From Flavobacteriales bacterium (GTDB lineage Bacteria > Bacteroidota > Bacteroidia > CAIKAF01): DNA of 64,000 bases. Of this stretch, positions 1-9,754 are shown one piece after another. The first letter of the stretch is position 1; each line of letters starts with the position of its first letter. Position numbers and translations under genes: made by a program. A model generated the notes under the pieces. That model saw only the letters and a program-made list of their open reading frames with translations. It did not search any database and was not told the origin of the DNA. The stretch spans positions 64,273-128,272 of the forward strand of contig JANWWP010000034.1 of the NCBI GenBank assembly GCA_025055575.1, given 5' to 3'.

Positions 1-854
1 TTCAATACGCCGGTACCATTGAAGAAGCTATCCAAATGGCTCAAAATACGGAAGTGTTTGTAAGTGAAAACATTCTGGTGGCCTCAGGCTCTGAAAATAA
101 AGCGGTTATCATTGAAAAAACGCCTGAGGCTCAGGCCGTTTTCACGCCGTCAAGGCCGCCGCTGGTGTGCACCAACCATTATCAGACGGAGGCGCTCCGG
201 AACGATCCCTACCATCAAAGCCATATTATTGTTCCCGATTCCCCGTATCGGTGGGCTACCCTTCAGGAACTTCTGAAGGGACAAACAGCCTGGGATGTGC
301 CTGCCGCGGCCGCTTTGCTCCGGCGGCGCCAGGGTATAGCCGGCGAGTCCTTGGGCTTTGGCAATCCCATGGCCATCAATCAGTTGTTGTGCCATCATGC
401 GGTCATAATTCAGCCCGGCGAACGGAAAATTTGGGTGGCCGCTCCGCCTTTCCAGATGGGCGCTTTTGTTTGCTACCAGTTAGATTCGGCATTTTCCCGC
501 CTGGCTGCCGGAAAGTCTCCGGCCTGGGACGAAGGCTTTCTTCCACCGGATGCTTTTCTCACATCTCCCGAGTGGCAACGCGTTCTCCTCTACCGCCGGC
601 TGGAAGATCTGGTGTCCTGGTTTTCCACGCGCCCTCGAGTGCGTACTAAGCTTTCAGACACAGTTTTATCCGCACTGATAAGTTTGAATCCACATTTTTA
701 CAGAGCCTATAAACTGGCCGGCGATGAACTCTGGAGACAGAACCGCCGAAGAGAAGCCGCCCTCATGTATAAAAAGGCGTTGCGTTGCTCTCTGCCGGAT
801 AAGCGCGAAGGCATAGTGATGTTGGAAAAAATAAAACGTGTTTCAGATTTATAA
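1..854 (+). CDS. Partial (5'-truncated by window edge) hydrolase/acyltransferase-like protein, possibly C45 (acyl-CoA:6-aminopenicillanic acid acyltransferase) family
   Basis: ORF open to position 1 in frame 3, stop at 852-854. Weak resemblance of the C-terminal region (CTNHYQ, KIWVAAPPF) to the C45/NTN-hydrolase superfamily. No strong motif. Confidence 0.3.
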   Translation, partial: QYAGTIEEAIQMAQNTEVFVSENILVASGSENKAVIIEKTPEAQAVFTPSRPPLVCTNHYQTEALRNDPYHQSHIIVPDSPYRWATLQELLKGQTAWDVPAAAALLRRRQGIAGESLGFGNPMAINQLLCHHAVIIQPGERKIWVAAPPFQMGAFVCYQLDSAFSRLAAGKSPAWDEGFLPPDAFLTSPEWQRVLLYRRLEDLVSWFSTRPRVRTKLSDTVLSALISLNPHFYRAYKLAGDELWRQNRRREAALMYKKALRCSLPDKREGIVMLEKIKRVSDL

Positions 855-873
855 ATCTAATCCTTTTAAAATC

Positions 874-2724
874 ATGCGAAAAATCTTCCTTCACTGCGTC
901 GGTGGGTATTTTTTGATTTTAGTAAACTGTGTGCATGGGCAAGTTGTGAACACACAGTTTGGCCCCGTGAAAGGGATACTGAATGGCAGTGTTTACCAGT
1001 TTCTTGGTATTCCCTACGCCACGCCTCCCACCAAGGAGTTGGGGTTACGCTGGAAACCTCCGCAACCCCCTCCGGCCTGGACCGACACTCTTCAGGCCCT
1101 AAACTTTGCCCCTGCATGTCCTCAAAAGCGTTACGAGCAGGGTGATACCAGTTTTGTCATCGAAGGCAGTGAAGATTGTCTGTATCTTAATATTTGGACT
1201 CCTGCGCTTGCCCCTTCCTCCAAAGCCGTAATGGTCTTTATTCATGGAGGCGGCAACCAACAGGGAAGCGCCGGACAGATCACCGGCGGAACCGCCATTT
1301 ACCATGGAAAAAATTTGGCCCAACGCGGGGATGTCGTCGTGGTGACCCTTCAATACCGACTGGGGGCCTTGGGTTTTTTGGTTCATCCCGGATTGGAAGC
1401 TGAGAATCCTGCCGGAACTTCTGGCAATTTTGCCGTGCTGGACCAGATTCTAGCCCTCCAGTGGATTCGAAACAATATAGCTGCTTTTGGCGGAGATCCA
1501 GATAACATAACCTTATTCGGGGAAAGTGCCGGAGGGGTGAATGTTGGCAATCTGATGATCACCCCTTTGGCATCCGGGTTGTTTCACAGGGCTATCATTC
1601 AGAGTGCCGCACCCAATCTGGTGGCCTATCAGGACGCCCGCACAAAAGGTGTCAACTGGGTGAATAATTACATATCCACCGGCACCGAGGCGCAAAAAAT
1701 TGATTTCATGCGACAGCTGGAGGCGGATCAGCTGGTGATATTTGATCCCCAGCCCCTGGCCGGAGGCCTTGTGCAGGGCACTTGGCAGCCGGTGATGGAT
1801 GGCATTATTTTCTCGGACTTCCCTCGCACAGTATTTCAAAGTGGGAATTTTAACAAAGTTCCTTTGCTTTTGGGCTCTAATTCCGATGAAATGAGCTTAT
1901 CTGCGCCAGCAGTGGTAACGCCGGCCATGGTGACCCAATTGATTTCCACCTTGCTGCCACCTGCATTTCAAGCCCAGGCTCTGGCATTGTATCCGCCCGG
2001 AGCATCGAATGCCGAGGCCCGAAATACTTATGTGCAGTTGCTCTCGGATGTGCAATTTACGGTGCCGGTGCGCCGCACAGCAGAATGCGTCAGCAAAAAC
2101 CAAAGCGCTCCCGTGTGGCGGTATTATTTTTCATTCCGACATACATTGCCCCAATTGGCCGTCTTCGGGGCGTATCATGGTATGGAACTTTTCTATGTTT
2201 TCAACACCTGGGAGAACGCTACGCTGGGCCAGGGGCCTCTCTTTAACCCTGCGGATGATTCGGTTCAACAAGTCATGTTGCAATATTGGACGCATTTTGC
2301 CCGAACCGGGAACCCCAATAAGCCGGGCCTCGTAGATTGGCCCGTGTATCAAAGTCCGCAAGATTGTTACCTGGAAATAAAAGCTTTACCGAATGGCCTT
2401 CAGTGTGGCTTGCGCACGGCAGAATGCGATTTCTGGGATGCTGTCACACTCTATACCGGTTGCACATCCACCGGCATGGAATTCAATCAAACCCCTAAGA
2501 AAAAAACAGTTTTATATCCAAATCCGGCCATAGATTTTGTCTATTTTAAAGGGGAATTTGAAGCGGATTGCGCAGAAATTTGGGACTGCCATGGAAAAAT
2601 TCTCCGCACACAATACCTGGATCAAGGTGCTGCGATACATGTTGGCGGTCTGGCCAGAGGAATGTATTGGATTAAATTAAGTTCAAAATCTTTCTGGATA
2701 ATTGAGAAATTATTGATATATTAA
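874..2724 (+). CDS. Carboxylesterase type B (para-nitrobenzyl esterase-like) with C-terminal T9SS sorting domain
   Basis: ATG at 874 followed by a signal-like N-terminus (MRKIFLHCVGGYFLILVNCVHG). Type-B carboxylesterase serine motif FGESAGG with upstream EDCLYLNIWTP. Last ~80 aa (…HVGGLARGMYWIKLSS…) resemble Por/T9SS C-terminal domains. Confidence 0.8.
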   Translation: MRKIFLHCVGGYFLILVNCVHGQVVNTQFGPVKGILNGSVYQFLGIPYATPPTKELGLRWKPPQPPPAWTDTLQALNFAPACPQKRYEQGDTSFVIEGSEDCLYLNIWTPALAPSSKAVMVFIHGGGNQQGSAGQITGGTAIYHGKNLAQRGDVVVVTLQYRLGALGFLVHPGLEAENPAGTSGNFAVLDQILALQWIRNNIAAFGGDPDNITLFGESAGGVNVGNLMITPLASGLFHRAIIQSAAPNLVAYQDARTKGVNWVNNYISTGTEAQKIDFMRQLEADQLVIFDPQPLAGGLVQGTWQPVMDGIIFSDFPRTVFQSGNFNKVPLLLGSNSDEMSLSAPAVVTPAMVTQLISTLLPPAFQAQALALYPPGASNAEARNTYVQLLSDVQFTVPVRRTAECVSKNQSAPVWRYYFSFRHTLPQLAVFGAYHGMELFYVFNTWENATLGQGPLFNPADDSVQQVMLQYWTHFARTGNPNKPGLVDWPVYQSPQDCYLEIKALPNGLQCGLRTAECDFWDAVTLYTGCTSTGMEFNQTPKKKTVLYPNPAIDFVYFKGEFEADCAEIWDCHGKILRTQYLDQGAAIHVGGLARGMYWIKLSSKSFWIIEKLLIY

Positions 2725-2839
2725 AAAGATAAATCAGTTTCTATATTTTGTTTCGATATTTCACAAAAATTTATCCAAATATCTGATATTAAGCCAATTT
2801 TTTTAATTTATATTTGGGTTTATGTAATGAATTTAAAAG

Positions 2840-4141
2840 CTATTCTTCCTTTGGATTAGCATACCCATATTTGCCTTTCCATAATTTACTAAGATATTCT
2901 CTAAAACGATTTTCTGAAAGATTTGCAGCAGGCGTATAGAAGCGGGTGCCGGAGAGATTTTCAGGAAGATATTCCTGATGGCTGAAATGGTTTTCGAAAT
3001 CATGGCTGTATTGATAATCCCGGCCATAACCCAGATTTTTCATAAGGGTGGTCGGTGCGTTGCGCAGATGCAGAGGTACGGGGACATCTCCTGAACGACG
3101 CACGGCCTCTTGGGCATCAAGGATGGCTTTATAGGCGCTGTTGCTTTTGGGGCTGCAGGCCAGATATATGGCGCACTCTGAAAGAATGATACGGGCTTCC
3201 GGAAAGCCCACCATGTCAGCCGCCCGGAAAGCGGCTTCAGTCAAAACCAAAGCGTTGGGGTTGGCCAGGCCAATGTCCTCAGCCGCCAGGATCAGCATGC
3301 GACGGCAGATAAAACGCAGGGATTCGCCGCTTTCTATCATCCGGGCCAGGTAATAAACGGCTGCGTTGGGGTCGCTGCCGCGCACCGATTTGATGAAAGC
3401 GGATATCACATCATAGTGCATGTCCCCTGTTTTATCATACCGCAAAGTGTGGCCCGATGCGGCAGTCTCCAGGTCCTGGGCAGTGAGCACGAGAGGCCTT
3501 TCAAGCTTTAGTCCGGCGGCTAGTTCCAGAACATTCAGCATCCGACGGGCATCGCCCTGGGCCAAATGCAGGAGCGCGGACCATGCCGCATCTTCCATAT
3601 GCACTCCGGACAGTGCGGAATCCTGTTGCAAGGCTCTTTGGGCTAAAGTGAAAAGTTGTTCCTCATTCAGAGGGTGAAGCACGAACACACGGCACCTGGA
3701 AAGAAGAGCAGCGTTCACTTCAAAGGAAGGATTCTCTGTGGTGGCGCCGATAAGTGTGACCACGCCTTTTTCAACCGCGCTGAGCAAAGCATCCTGCTGG
3801 CCTTTATGGAAGCGGTGTATTTCATCAATAAAAAGAACAGGGGCTTTCTCCCCGGCGAAAAGACCGCGTTTTTCCGCTTGCTGAAGGGCTTCGCGCACTT
3901 CGCGCAGTCCGCTGTCGGTGGCGCTGAGCGCCAGAAGCTTCCGCCCCGTGGCTTCTGCCAACAGGCGGGCCAAAGTGGTTTTCCCGCATCCGGGCGGGCC
4001 CCACAGTATCATACTGGGCAAAAAACCGCTTTCGGCAGCCGCGCTGAGAGGTTTTCCTGGCCCCAGAAGGTGCTCCTGTCCCACCACCTCTTCCAGACGG
4101 CGGGGCCGCATGCGTTCCGCCAGAGGCGCTTGGTCGCTCAT
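2840..4141 (-). CDS. rarA: Replication-associated recombination protein A (AAA+ ATPase RarA/MgsA)
   Basis: Walker [16 protein letters not shown], Walker [10 protein letters not shown], conserved MgsA C-terminal domain. ATG at 4139-4141, TAG stop at 2840. Confidence 0.9.
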   Translation of the reverse strand: MSDQAPLAERMRPRRLEEVVGQEHLLGPGKPLSAAAESGFLPSMILWGPPGCGKTTLARLLAEATGRKLLALSATDSGLREVREALQQAEKRGLFAGEKAPVLFIDEIHRFHKGQQDALLSAVEKGVVTLIGATTENPSFEVNAALLSRCRVFVLHPLNEEQLFTLAQRALQQDSALSGVHMEDAAWSALLHLAQGDARRMLNVLELAAGLKLERPLVLTAQDLETAASGHTLRYDKTGDMHYDVISAFIKSVRGSDPNAAVYYLARMIESGESLRFICRRMLILAAEDIGLANPNALVLTEAAFRAADMVGFPEARIILSECAIYLACSPKSNSAYKAILDAQEAVRRSGDVPVPLHLRNAPTTLMKNLGYGRDYQYSHDFENHFSHQEYLPENLSGTRFYTPAANLSENRFREYLSKLWKGKYGYANPKEE

Positions 4142-4223
4142 GGAACAAAGGTATCTACACCGGCCTCGAGGACTTTCTTAAAATTTTCATCGAAAGGCCG
4201 TTGTGTTTGTTTTTGGAAAATTT

Positions 4224-5855
4224 TTAGGGACAATCGGCCGGCCTGTAAGCCACACCCTGCGGAAGGCTGGGGGCAAATTCCTTCAAAGCCTGACAGGCTT
4301 TTCTCAGGCCTCCTGTGTCCCGACATGAAACGTAGAAAGAAACCACGCTGTCCCCGCAAATTCGGTTGTTTGGAATGCAGATTTGACCCACCGCACATCG
4401 GCCCTCAAAAGGAATTTGTCTGAACCATGAGTCATAGATAACCATCAGGTCGTAGGAGAGGGCATTCAGGCTGTCCGCTACTTTTTCAGGTGCGTATAGC
4501 CAAAGCCGCAGAATGGAAGACGTGCCAATACCAACCATATCCACAACTTCGACATCGGCTTTGTAGCTGATTAAGCCGATGTCGTTGACGGCTACTATTT
4601 TTTTAGGAAAATACTGATGGAGAAAGCGGGCTATTTGCCACTGTTGGTCATGGATATTCTGATGCGCCGCCCGGAGCAGTGCATAATTTCCTATTCCTAA
4701 TTGCGTGACAGAATTCAGGGTCAAAAAACCGCACAATGCCAACAGAATGCGATATCTAAAATTTTGTCTGCGCAAATACTGCCAGTTTAGGCTTGTGCCC
4801 ATTGTGACCCCGATCATGGCCATCAGGTAAGCTTCGTAACGAAAAAGCCAACCTACACCGCCCAGCGTCATGTGGGCTAAAAGGGTCAGGATCGTGCAGG
4901 CTGGAAGGGCGGCCTTCTGCCAAAAGATGTTCGTTTTTAAATTCGAAAAAAATGAACCTGTTATCGGTTTCGCGTGGGATAGGCTCACCACAACCAAAGT
5001 GGCCAGGCTATACAGATGGTGTTGGTTGCTAAACAGGGTAACCAGGGCGTCCCGCACCATCTGTCCAAGGGTTTCACCCTGCAGGCGCAGCCGACTTTTT
5101 GACAAAACCGAGTTTGGCAAAAAAAATTCCGCATGTGCCATGCACCAAAAGCCAAATAGAACCACCGGAGCTAATAGGAAGAACGCAGCTGAAAAAACTT
5201 TTCTCCAGGGAGCGCCGCCCCAAAGAGCAAAAATTAATAGGAGGAGTCCGGGAAAAAGCAACTCATAGCGCACAAGCCCCGCCCATGCCAGGGTAGCCCA
5301 AAATAACTTTTGTTTTTTCCCGTCGGCATATTGCGTTCTTTGCCAATCCCGGAAAGACTGCATCATGAAAAGTACCATAAGAATCTGAAGCGGCGCTTCC
5401 ATGCCCACAACCACCTGAATGGGCAGCAAAGAAGCTCCGACGACGAAAAATGCCGTGAGGAAAAAAGAAAATGGATACGACCGAAAGAACAAATACATGA
5501 AAATCAATATTCCATTCGCCAATATTCCATTCAAGACCAATGGAATATAGTCGTTTGCGCCAAAAAGCTTAATCGCAAGAGACAATAAACATGTGAAAAA
5601 AGGAGAGGAGGACGCGGAAGAAAACTGTCCCGGGTTGATGCCCCATGTGTTGTGGAAGGCTAGGTTGCGGGCTACAGCTAAGTGGATATAGGTATCGTCT
5701 AAGGGGTAGATATAATGGCCCAATCGGCGCACAACTCCCCACGCGTGATAAAGGATAGATCCGTTGAGGAGCACCGCATAAAGGATCAGCAGAACCAAGG
5801 TAAAAATCTGCGGAGGGAGTTTTCTAAAAAAAGCTACCCTTGCTGGATTAACCAT
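4224..5855 (-). CDS. Polytopic membrane protein, GT-C fold glycosyltransferase-like (ArnT/PMT family 39/83-like) with C-terminal soluble domain
   Basis: More than 10 predicted TM helices. N-terminal loop motif YPLDDTYIHLAVARNL resembles the DD/DE motif of GT-C glycosyltransferases. About 170 aa non-membrane C-terminus. Confidence 0.35.
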   Translation of the reverse strand: MVNPARVAFFRKLPPQIFTLVLLILYAVLLNGSILYHAWGVVRRLGHYIYPLDDTYIHLAVARNLAFHNTWGINPGQFSSASSSPFFTCLLSLAIKLFGANDYIPLVLNGILANGILIFMYLFFRSYPFSFFLTAFFVVGASLLPIQVVVGMEAPLQILMVLFMMQSFRDWQRTQYADGKKQKLFWATLAWAGLVRYELLFPGLLLLIFALWGGAPWRKVFSAAFFLLAPVVLFGFWCMAHAEFFLPNSVLSKSRLRLQGETLGQMVRDALVTLFSNQHHLYSLATLVVVSLSHAKPITGSFFSNLKTNIFWQKAALPACTILTLLAHMTLGGVGWLFRYEAYLMAMIGVTMGTSLNWQYLRRQNFRYRILLALCGFLTLNSVTQLGIGNYALLRAAHQNIHDQQWQIARFLHQYFPKKIVAVNDIGLISYKADVEVVDMVGIGTSSILRLWLYAPEKVADSLNALSYDLMVIYDSWFRQIPFEGRCAVGQICIPNNRICGDSVVSFYVSCRDTGGLRKACQALKEFAPSLPQGVAYRPADCP

Positions 5856-5959
5856 CCTGTATACGTAGGAACAATCTTAATACAAAATAAAAAACCCGGT
5901 CGGCCATTTCCTTCAGCCAGACCTATGTGAAAATTTAAAAATAGAAGTCCAGAACTGTT

Positions 5960-6475
5960 TTACCAGTTGATGAAGGCCTTATTAAAAATGTCCTGTGTCA
6001 GTTGTTCCACGATGATGGGTATCAACTGAGTTTCCACTTCGCTGAGGCTTTGGGTGGCACTGAAGTCTGCGAAGCGGGAAAAGGAGGCCTGGAAGTTGTA
6101 CTTAGGATCCGGCTGGCAGGTATAATTGACCTGTATGGTGACGGTTAACCGGTTCTGGGATACCGTTTCATTGCCCTGGGCCGCCACAGGAGAAACGGCA
6201 TAACCGGTGACGGCGCCGTCAAAACGCAGGTCGCTTTGCGCATCACCCAGGCGCAGCCGGGTTTCGCGGATAAATTTGTCCTTGAGGGCCTCGGTAAGGA
6301 TTTGGGAAAAGCTGGGATTGGCCAATGGGGCCCGGTTGGTGAAAAGGCTAATGTAGACGGTTGTTGCCTGGGGTGGGATGCTTTGTCCGCTGAGGGTCAC
6401 ATTCACTTTGCAGCCGTTGGCCATAAGCCAGATCGCGGCGACTATGGCGACAAAGGCTACGCCACAGATTCTCAT
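5960..6475 (-). CDS. Small lipoprotein, LptE-like (LPS assembly lipoprotein) candidate
   Basis: Signal peptide plus lipobox (AAIWLMANGC). Size about 170 aa. ATG overlaps the stop of the upstream sigma-54 activator gene (ATGA overlap at 6472-6475). Sigma-54 activator next to an LptE-family gene is a gene order I recall from Bacteroidetes, but the assignment is unverified. Confidence 0.35.
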   Translation of the reverse strand: MRICGVAFVAIVAAIWLMANGCKVNVTLSGQSIPPQATTVYISLFTNRAPLANPSFSQILTEALKDKFIRETRLRLGDAQSDLRFDGAVTGYAVSPVAAQGNETVSQNRLTVTIQVNYTCQPDPKYNFQASFSRFADFSATQSLSEVETQLIPIIVEQLTQDIFNKAFINW

Positions 6476-7686
6476 TCTTCTATCCCGAATTCTTTGATTT
6501 TTCGGTAGAGGGTACGCTCTGAGATCCCCAGCTCAAAAGCCGCCCTGCGGCGGTGTCCATGGTACTTTTTCAAGGCTTTTTCTATCAGGTCTCTTTCTTT
6601 TTGTGCCAGAGAAAGGGATTCTTCGGTGCGCAGGGTGGTATCCTGAGGCGTACTCAAGGTCACCGGAGCTGGGGTGGAGGCGGCCGGAGGATGTACGGGG
6701 GAAGCACTGGAGGGCCGCACCACAGACAGCGTGGCCAGATCGCTCACCCCAGAGCTGCTTTGAAGAATGCCTAGGACGATTTTCTTCAGATCATTAATGT
6801 CCCGTCGCATTTCAAAAATGAGGCGAATCACATACTCGGGATTGTTGAGCAGACTTTCTTCTCCCGCCCCTGTGCCGCTCACCAGCACCGGCATGTGGCT
6901 CGATCCGGAATCCGGGAGGTATTGGCGTAAAGTCTCTGCAGAGACCAGCCGGTTTTTCTCCAAAATGGAAATTTGTTCTGTTATATTTTTCAATTGGCGA
7001 ATGTTCCCGGGCCAACGGTAATTCATAAGAACCTCCACGGCGTCCTCCGTGAGTTTAATGGGGGGCATCCGGTAATTTTCGGAAAAGTCCGCAGCGAACT
7101 TGCGAAACAGCAGCGGAATGTCTTCCTTCCTGTCTCGGAGGGCGGGGATACGAATGGGAACGGTATTAAGTCGGTAGTACAGATCCTCCCGGAATTTGCC
7201 TTTTTCAATGGCTGCCAGCATGTTCACGTTGGTGGCGGCCACCACGCGCACATCCGTTTTTTGGACCTTGGATGAACCCACCCGAATGAATTCTCCGGAT
7301 TCCAGAATGCGCAGCAAACGCACCTGGGTTTCGAGCGGCAATTCGGCCACTTCATCCAGAAAAATAGTGCCGCCGTTCACCACCTCAAAATACCCTTTGC
7401 GGGCTTCGCTGGCTCCCGTGAAAGCGCCTTTTTCATGACCGAACAATTCACTGTCTATGGTGCCCGGCGGAATGGCCCCGCAATTGACAGCTATGAAATT
7501 ATTGTGGCGACGGGGACTGTATTGATGGATGATTTTTGAAAAGACTTCCTTGCCCACACCGCTTTCTCCAGTAATAAGTACAGTAAGATTTGTAGGGGCC
7601 ACCTGCAAAGCCACTTCCAGAGCATGATCCAGAGCGGGAGACTGGCCTACAATGCCAAATTTATTTTTAACCTCCTGAAGGTTCAT
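6472..7686 (-). CDS. Sigma-54-dependent transcriptional activator (bEBP) lacking an N-terminal regulatory domain; AAA+ domain plus C-terminal Fis-type HTH
   Basis: Walker A GESGVGKE, GAFTGA sigma-54 contact motif, arginine finger region, C-terminal HTH (AAFELGISERTLYRKIKEF). The AAA+ domain starts within about 20 aa of the N-terminus (PspF-like architecture). Pro/Ser/Thr-rich about 90 aa linker before the HTH. Confidence 0.85.
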   Translation of the reverse strand: MNLQEVKNKFGIVGQSPALDHALEVALQVAPTNLTVLITGESGVGKEVFSKIIHQYSPRRHNNFIAVNCGAIPPGTIDSELFGHEKGAFTGASEARKGYFEVVNGGTIFLDEVAELPLETQVRLLRILESGEFIRVGSSKVQKTDVRVVAATNVNMLAAIEKGKFREDLYYRLNTVPIRIPALRDRKEDIPLLFRKFAADFSENYRMPPIKLTEDAVEVLMNYRWPGNIRQLKNITEQISILEKNRLVSAETLRQYLPDSGSSHMPVLVSGTGAGEESLLNNPEYVIRLIFEMRRDINDLKKIVLGILQSSSGVSDLATLSVVRPSSASPVHPPAASTPAPVTLSTPQDTTLRTEESLSLAQKERDLIEKALKKYHGHRRRAAFELGISERTLYRKIKEFGIEE

Positions 7687-7740
7687 GAGAATATTAATTA
7701 ATAAATTTTGAGGAGCAAAATTAAAAAATGTGACAAAATG

Positions 7741-9465
7741 TCATGGGTTTTCCCGTCGGGTCAAGATAAACATGCCTTCGGTGTCCCAAATAACATCTTC
7801 TTCCTGAGCATGTGGAGAGAGGGGCAGGAACACCTCCTCGCGTGCCAACACTTCGACGGTTTGCCAGGCTTTCATTTTGGAAGGGCGCCAGCGGACTGGC
7901 AAAGCAAAATCCGGTTCATCCGTTTCCCATCGCAGCCACAGTCCATTTTGACCCTGATGTGCGCCAGACCTGTACAGAAGGGTGGGTAGACGGGTGTGGC
8001 GCAGATACTGATAGCACACCGGCCGCACAGGCCATCCCAAATGACGTTCCATGAAGGCCAAGAGGGTTTCAGTATCCACAGTTTTGTAGGAAAAGGTGTC
8101 CAGGATGGCTTTCAGGGTTTTTAAGAAAATGGAGTCTTGGCCTGTGGCCGTGCGCAGAGTGTGCAGCATCAGGGCGGCTTTGGCATACATGTCCCCCGAT
8201 CCCTGGGCGTTCACATGGCGGGGTGGCAGAATGGGTTTATCGTTCAGCACCAGACGTTTTTTACCCTTCATGTATGCCAGGGCTTTTTCAGGTCCGTAGC
8301 GGCATTCCACGTACAGGGCTTCGGCATAGGTGCAAAAACCTTCGTGGATCCACCAATCGGCCCGGTCGGATCCCGAAACTGCATTGCCCCAATACTCATG
8401 GCCGGCTTCATGCACAATAATAAAATCGAAATCCAGTCCGATGCCTGAATAGTCTTTTCCCAAATAGCCTTTCTGGTATTTGTTTCCATAGGCAATAGCG
8501 CTCTGGTGTTCCATGCCTGCAAAAGGGGTTTCAACAAGGGCGAAACCATCGCGTACAAAGGGATATGGTCCAAAATATTTTTCGAAGCAGGAAAGCATGG
8601 GCTTCACCTCTGCGTCGAAGTAGGTCTTGGCTTTGTCAGCATGTATTTTGAGAGGGTAATAATGTAAGTTTAAAAGTTTTCCGGAGGGCAGGGTGTAATG
8701 GCTTGAAAGCTCAGCATAATCGCCCACATTTAGACATACATTGTAAAGGTTGATAGGATACGACACCCGATAGACGAAAGAGCGCTTTTTTTTATTTTGA
8801 TCAAAAGACGTGGCGGGCCACCCATTGGCAACAGCTACTAAAGGCTTTGGAACAGTGATTATTATCAGCATGCTGTCGGGTTCATCGGAGGGATGATCTT
8901 TACAAGGCCACCAAGCGCTGGCTCCCACATTTTGCACCGCTGTGCAAACCCAGGGCTGGCCTTGGGGATCCTGTGTCCACACAAAGCCGCCTTCCCAGGG
9001 TGGTTTAACGGCTTCGGCAGGAATTCCCTCCCAGGAGGTTTCTATCCATACTTCCTCTCCGGCCAGAAGGGTGCGCGGAAAAAGAACGAAAAACGCGTCC
9101 CCGTCTCTTTCAATTTTCAATTTACGGTTTTCCCAAAGCACCGATAGAATACGGAAACGGGAGGCCAGATCCATTTGAATTTTTTGAGTCTGCTCCAGCA
9201 CTTTGAAGCGCATGGTGCAGGCGCCTTCAATGGATTTCCGCAAAAGGTCGGGCGTCACAGACAGCCGGTAGTACAACACATCATAGCAAAGTCGTTCCGG
9301 AGTCAATCGGCCTTTGATGGAATCGGACCTTGTAGGCACATCCTGAGCTTTCAAAGGTACCAGAAAGCCTGCCCAAATGACTAAAAGATAAAAAAAAGAG
9401 CGCCATTCTTGGGCTGGGAATGGCGCTATTTCAGGGTTGAGGGTAGAGATTTTAAATCCAGCCAC
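7741..9465 (-). CDS. M1-family zinc metallopeptidase (aminopeptidase N-like), secreted
   Basis: HEAGHEYWGN, then 18 residues, then E (WIHEGFCTYAE), the classic HExxH-X18-E gluzincin motif. Signal-peptide-like RSFFYLLVIWAGFLVPLKAQ. 5' end or start codon uncertain (see finding on embedded terminator). Confidence 0.7.
   Translation of the reverse strand: MAGFKISTLNPEIAPFPAQEWRSFFYLLVIWAGFLVPLKAQDVPTRSDSIKGRLTPERLCYDVLYYRLSVTPDLLRKSIEGACTMRFKVLEQTQKIQMDLASRFRILSVLWENRKLKIERDGDAFFVLFPRTLLAGEEVWIETSWEGIPAEAVKPPWEGGFVWTQDPQGQPWVCTAVQNVGASAWWPCKDHPSDEPDSMLIIITVPKPLVAVANGWPATSFDQNKKKRSFVYRVSYPINLYNVCLNVGDYAELSSHYTLPSGKLLNLHYYPLKIHADKAKTYFDAEVKPMLSCFEKYFGPYPFVRDGFALVETPFAGMEHQSAIAYGNKYQKGYLGKDYSGIGLDFDFIIVHEAGHEYWGNAVSGSDRADWWIHEGFCTYAEALYVECRYGPEKALAYMKGKKRLVLNDKPILPPRHVNAQGSGDMYAKAALMLHTLRTATGQDSIFLKTLKAILDTFSYKTVDTETLLAFMERHLGWPVRPVCYQYLRHTRLPTLLYRSGAHQGQNGLWLRWETDEPDFALPVRWRPSKMKAWQTVEVLAREEVFLPLSPHAQEEDVIWDTEGMFILTRRENP
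9384..9427 (-). terminator. Rho-independent terminator downstream of rpmB (10 bp perfect stem AGCGCCATTC/GAATGGCGCT, 9 nt loop, followed on the minus strand by TTTTTTTTATCTTTT)
   Basis: Read directly from sequence at 9398-9427 with the A-run 9384-9397 on the plus strand (U-run on the minus strand). Confidence 0.6.
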
Positions 9466-9676
9466 CGCGCTTCAAAGCGGCTTTAATTCCGATTTTGTCA
9501 ATGAGGCGCATGCCTTTGGCCGAAACTTTTAAAGTGACATATGCGTCTTCGTCTTCCAGGTAATAGGTTTTCTTCTGGAGATTCGGCTTGAAAACACGCT
9601 TGGTCTTGCGGTTGGAATGCGACACATGGTGGCCCCGCTGAATGGTTTTACCCGTGATATCACATATTCTGGCCAT
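9452..9676 (-). CDS. rpmB: 50S ribosomal protein L28
   Basis: MARICDITGKTIQRGHHVSHSNRKTKRVFKPNLQKK… is a canonical L28 sequence. The true start is the internal ATG at 9676; the ORF track begins 3 codons upstream. Confidence 0.9.
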   Translation of the reverse strand: MARICDITGKTIQRGHHVSHSNRKTKRVFKPNLQKKTYYLEDEDAYVTLKVSAKGMRLIDKIGIKAALKRGGWI

Positions 9677-9754
9677 ACAATTCAATTAATGGGGTGCAAA
9701 GATATAATTTTTTTACGAACCAACCCTTCCCGGGGTCCTTTTACTTTTGCAGCC

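Noticed and set aside
3656-4423. 255 aa plus-strand ORF, and a 107 aa minus-strand ORF at 3825-4148
   Set aside because: Both overlap the rarA coding region in other frames. Low-complexity Arg/Gly-rich translations.
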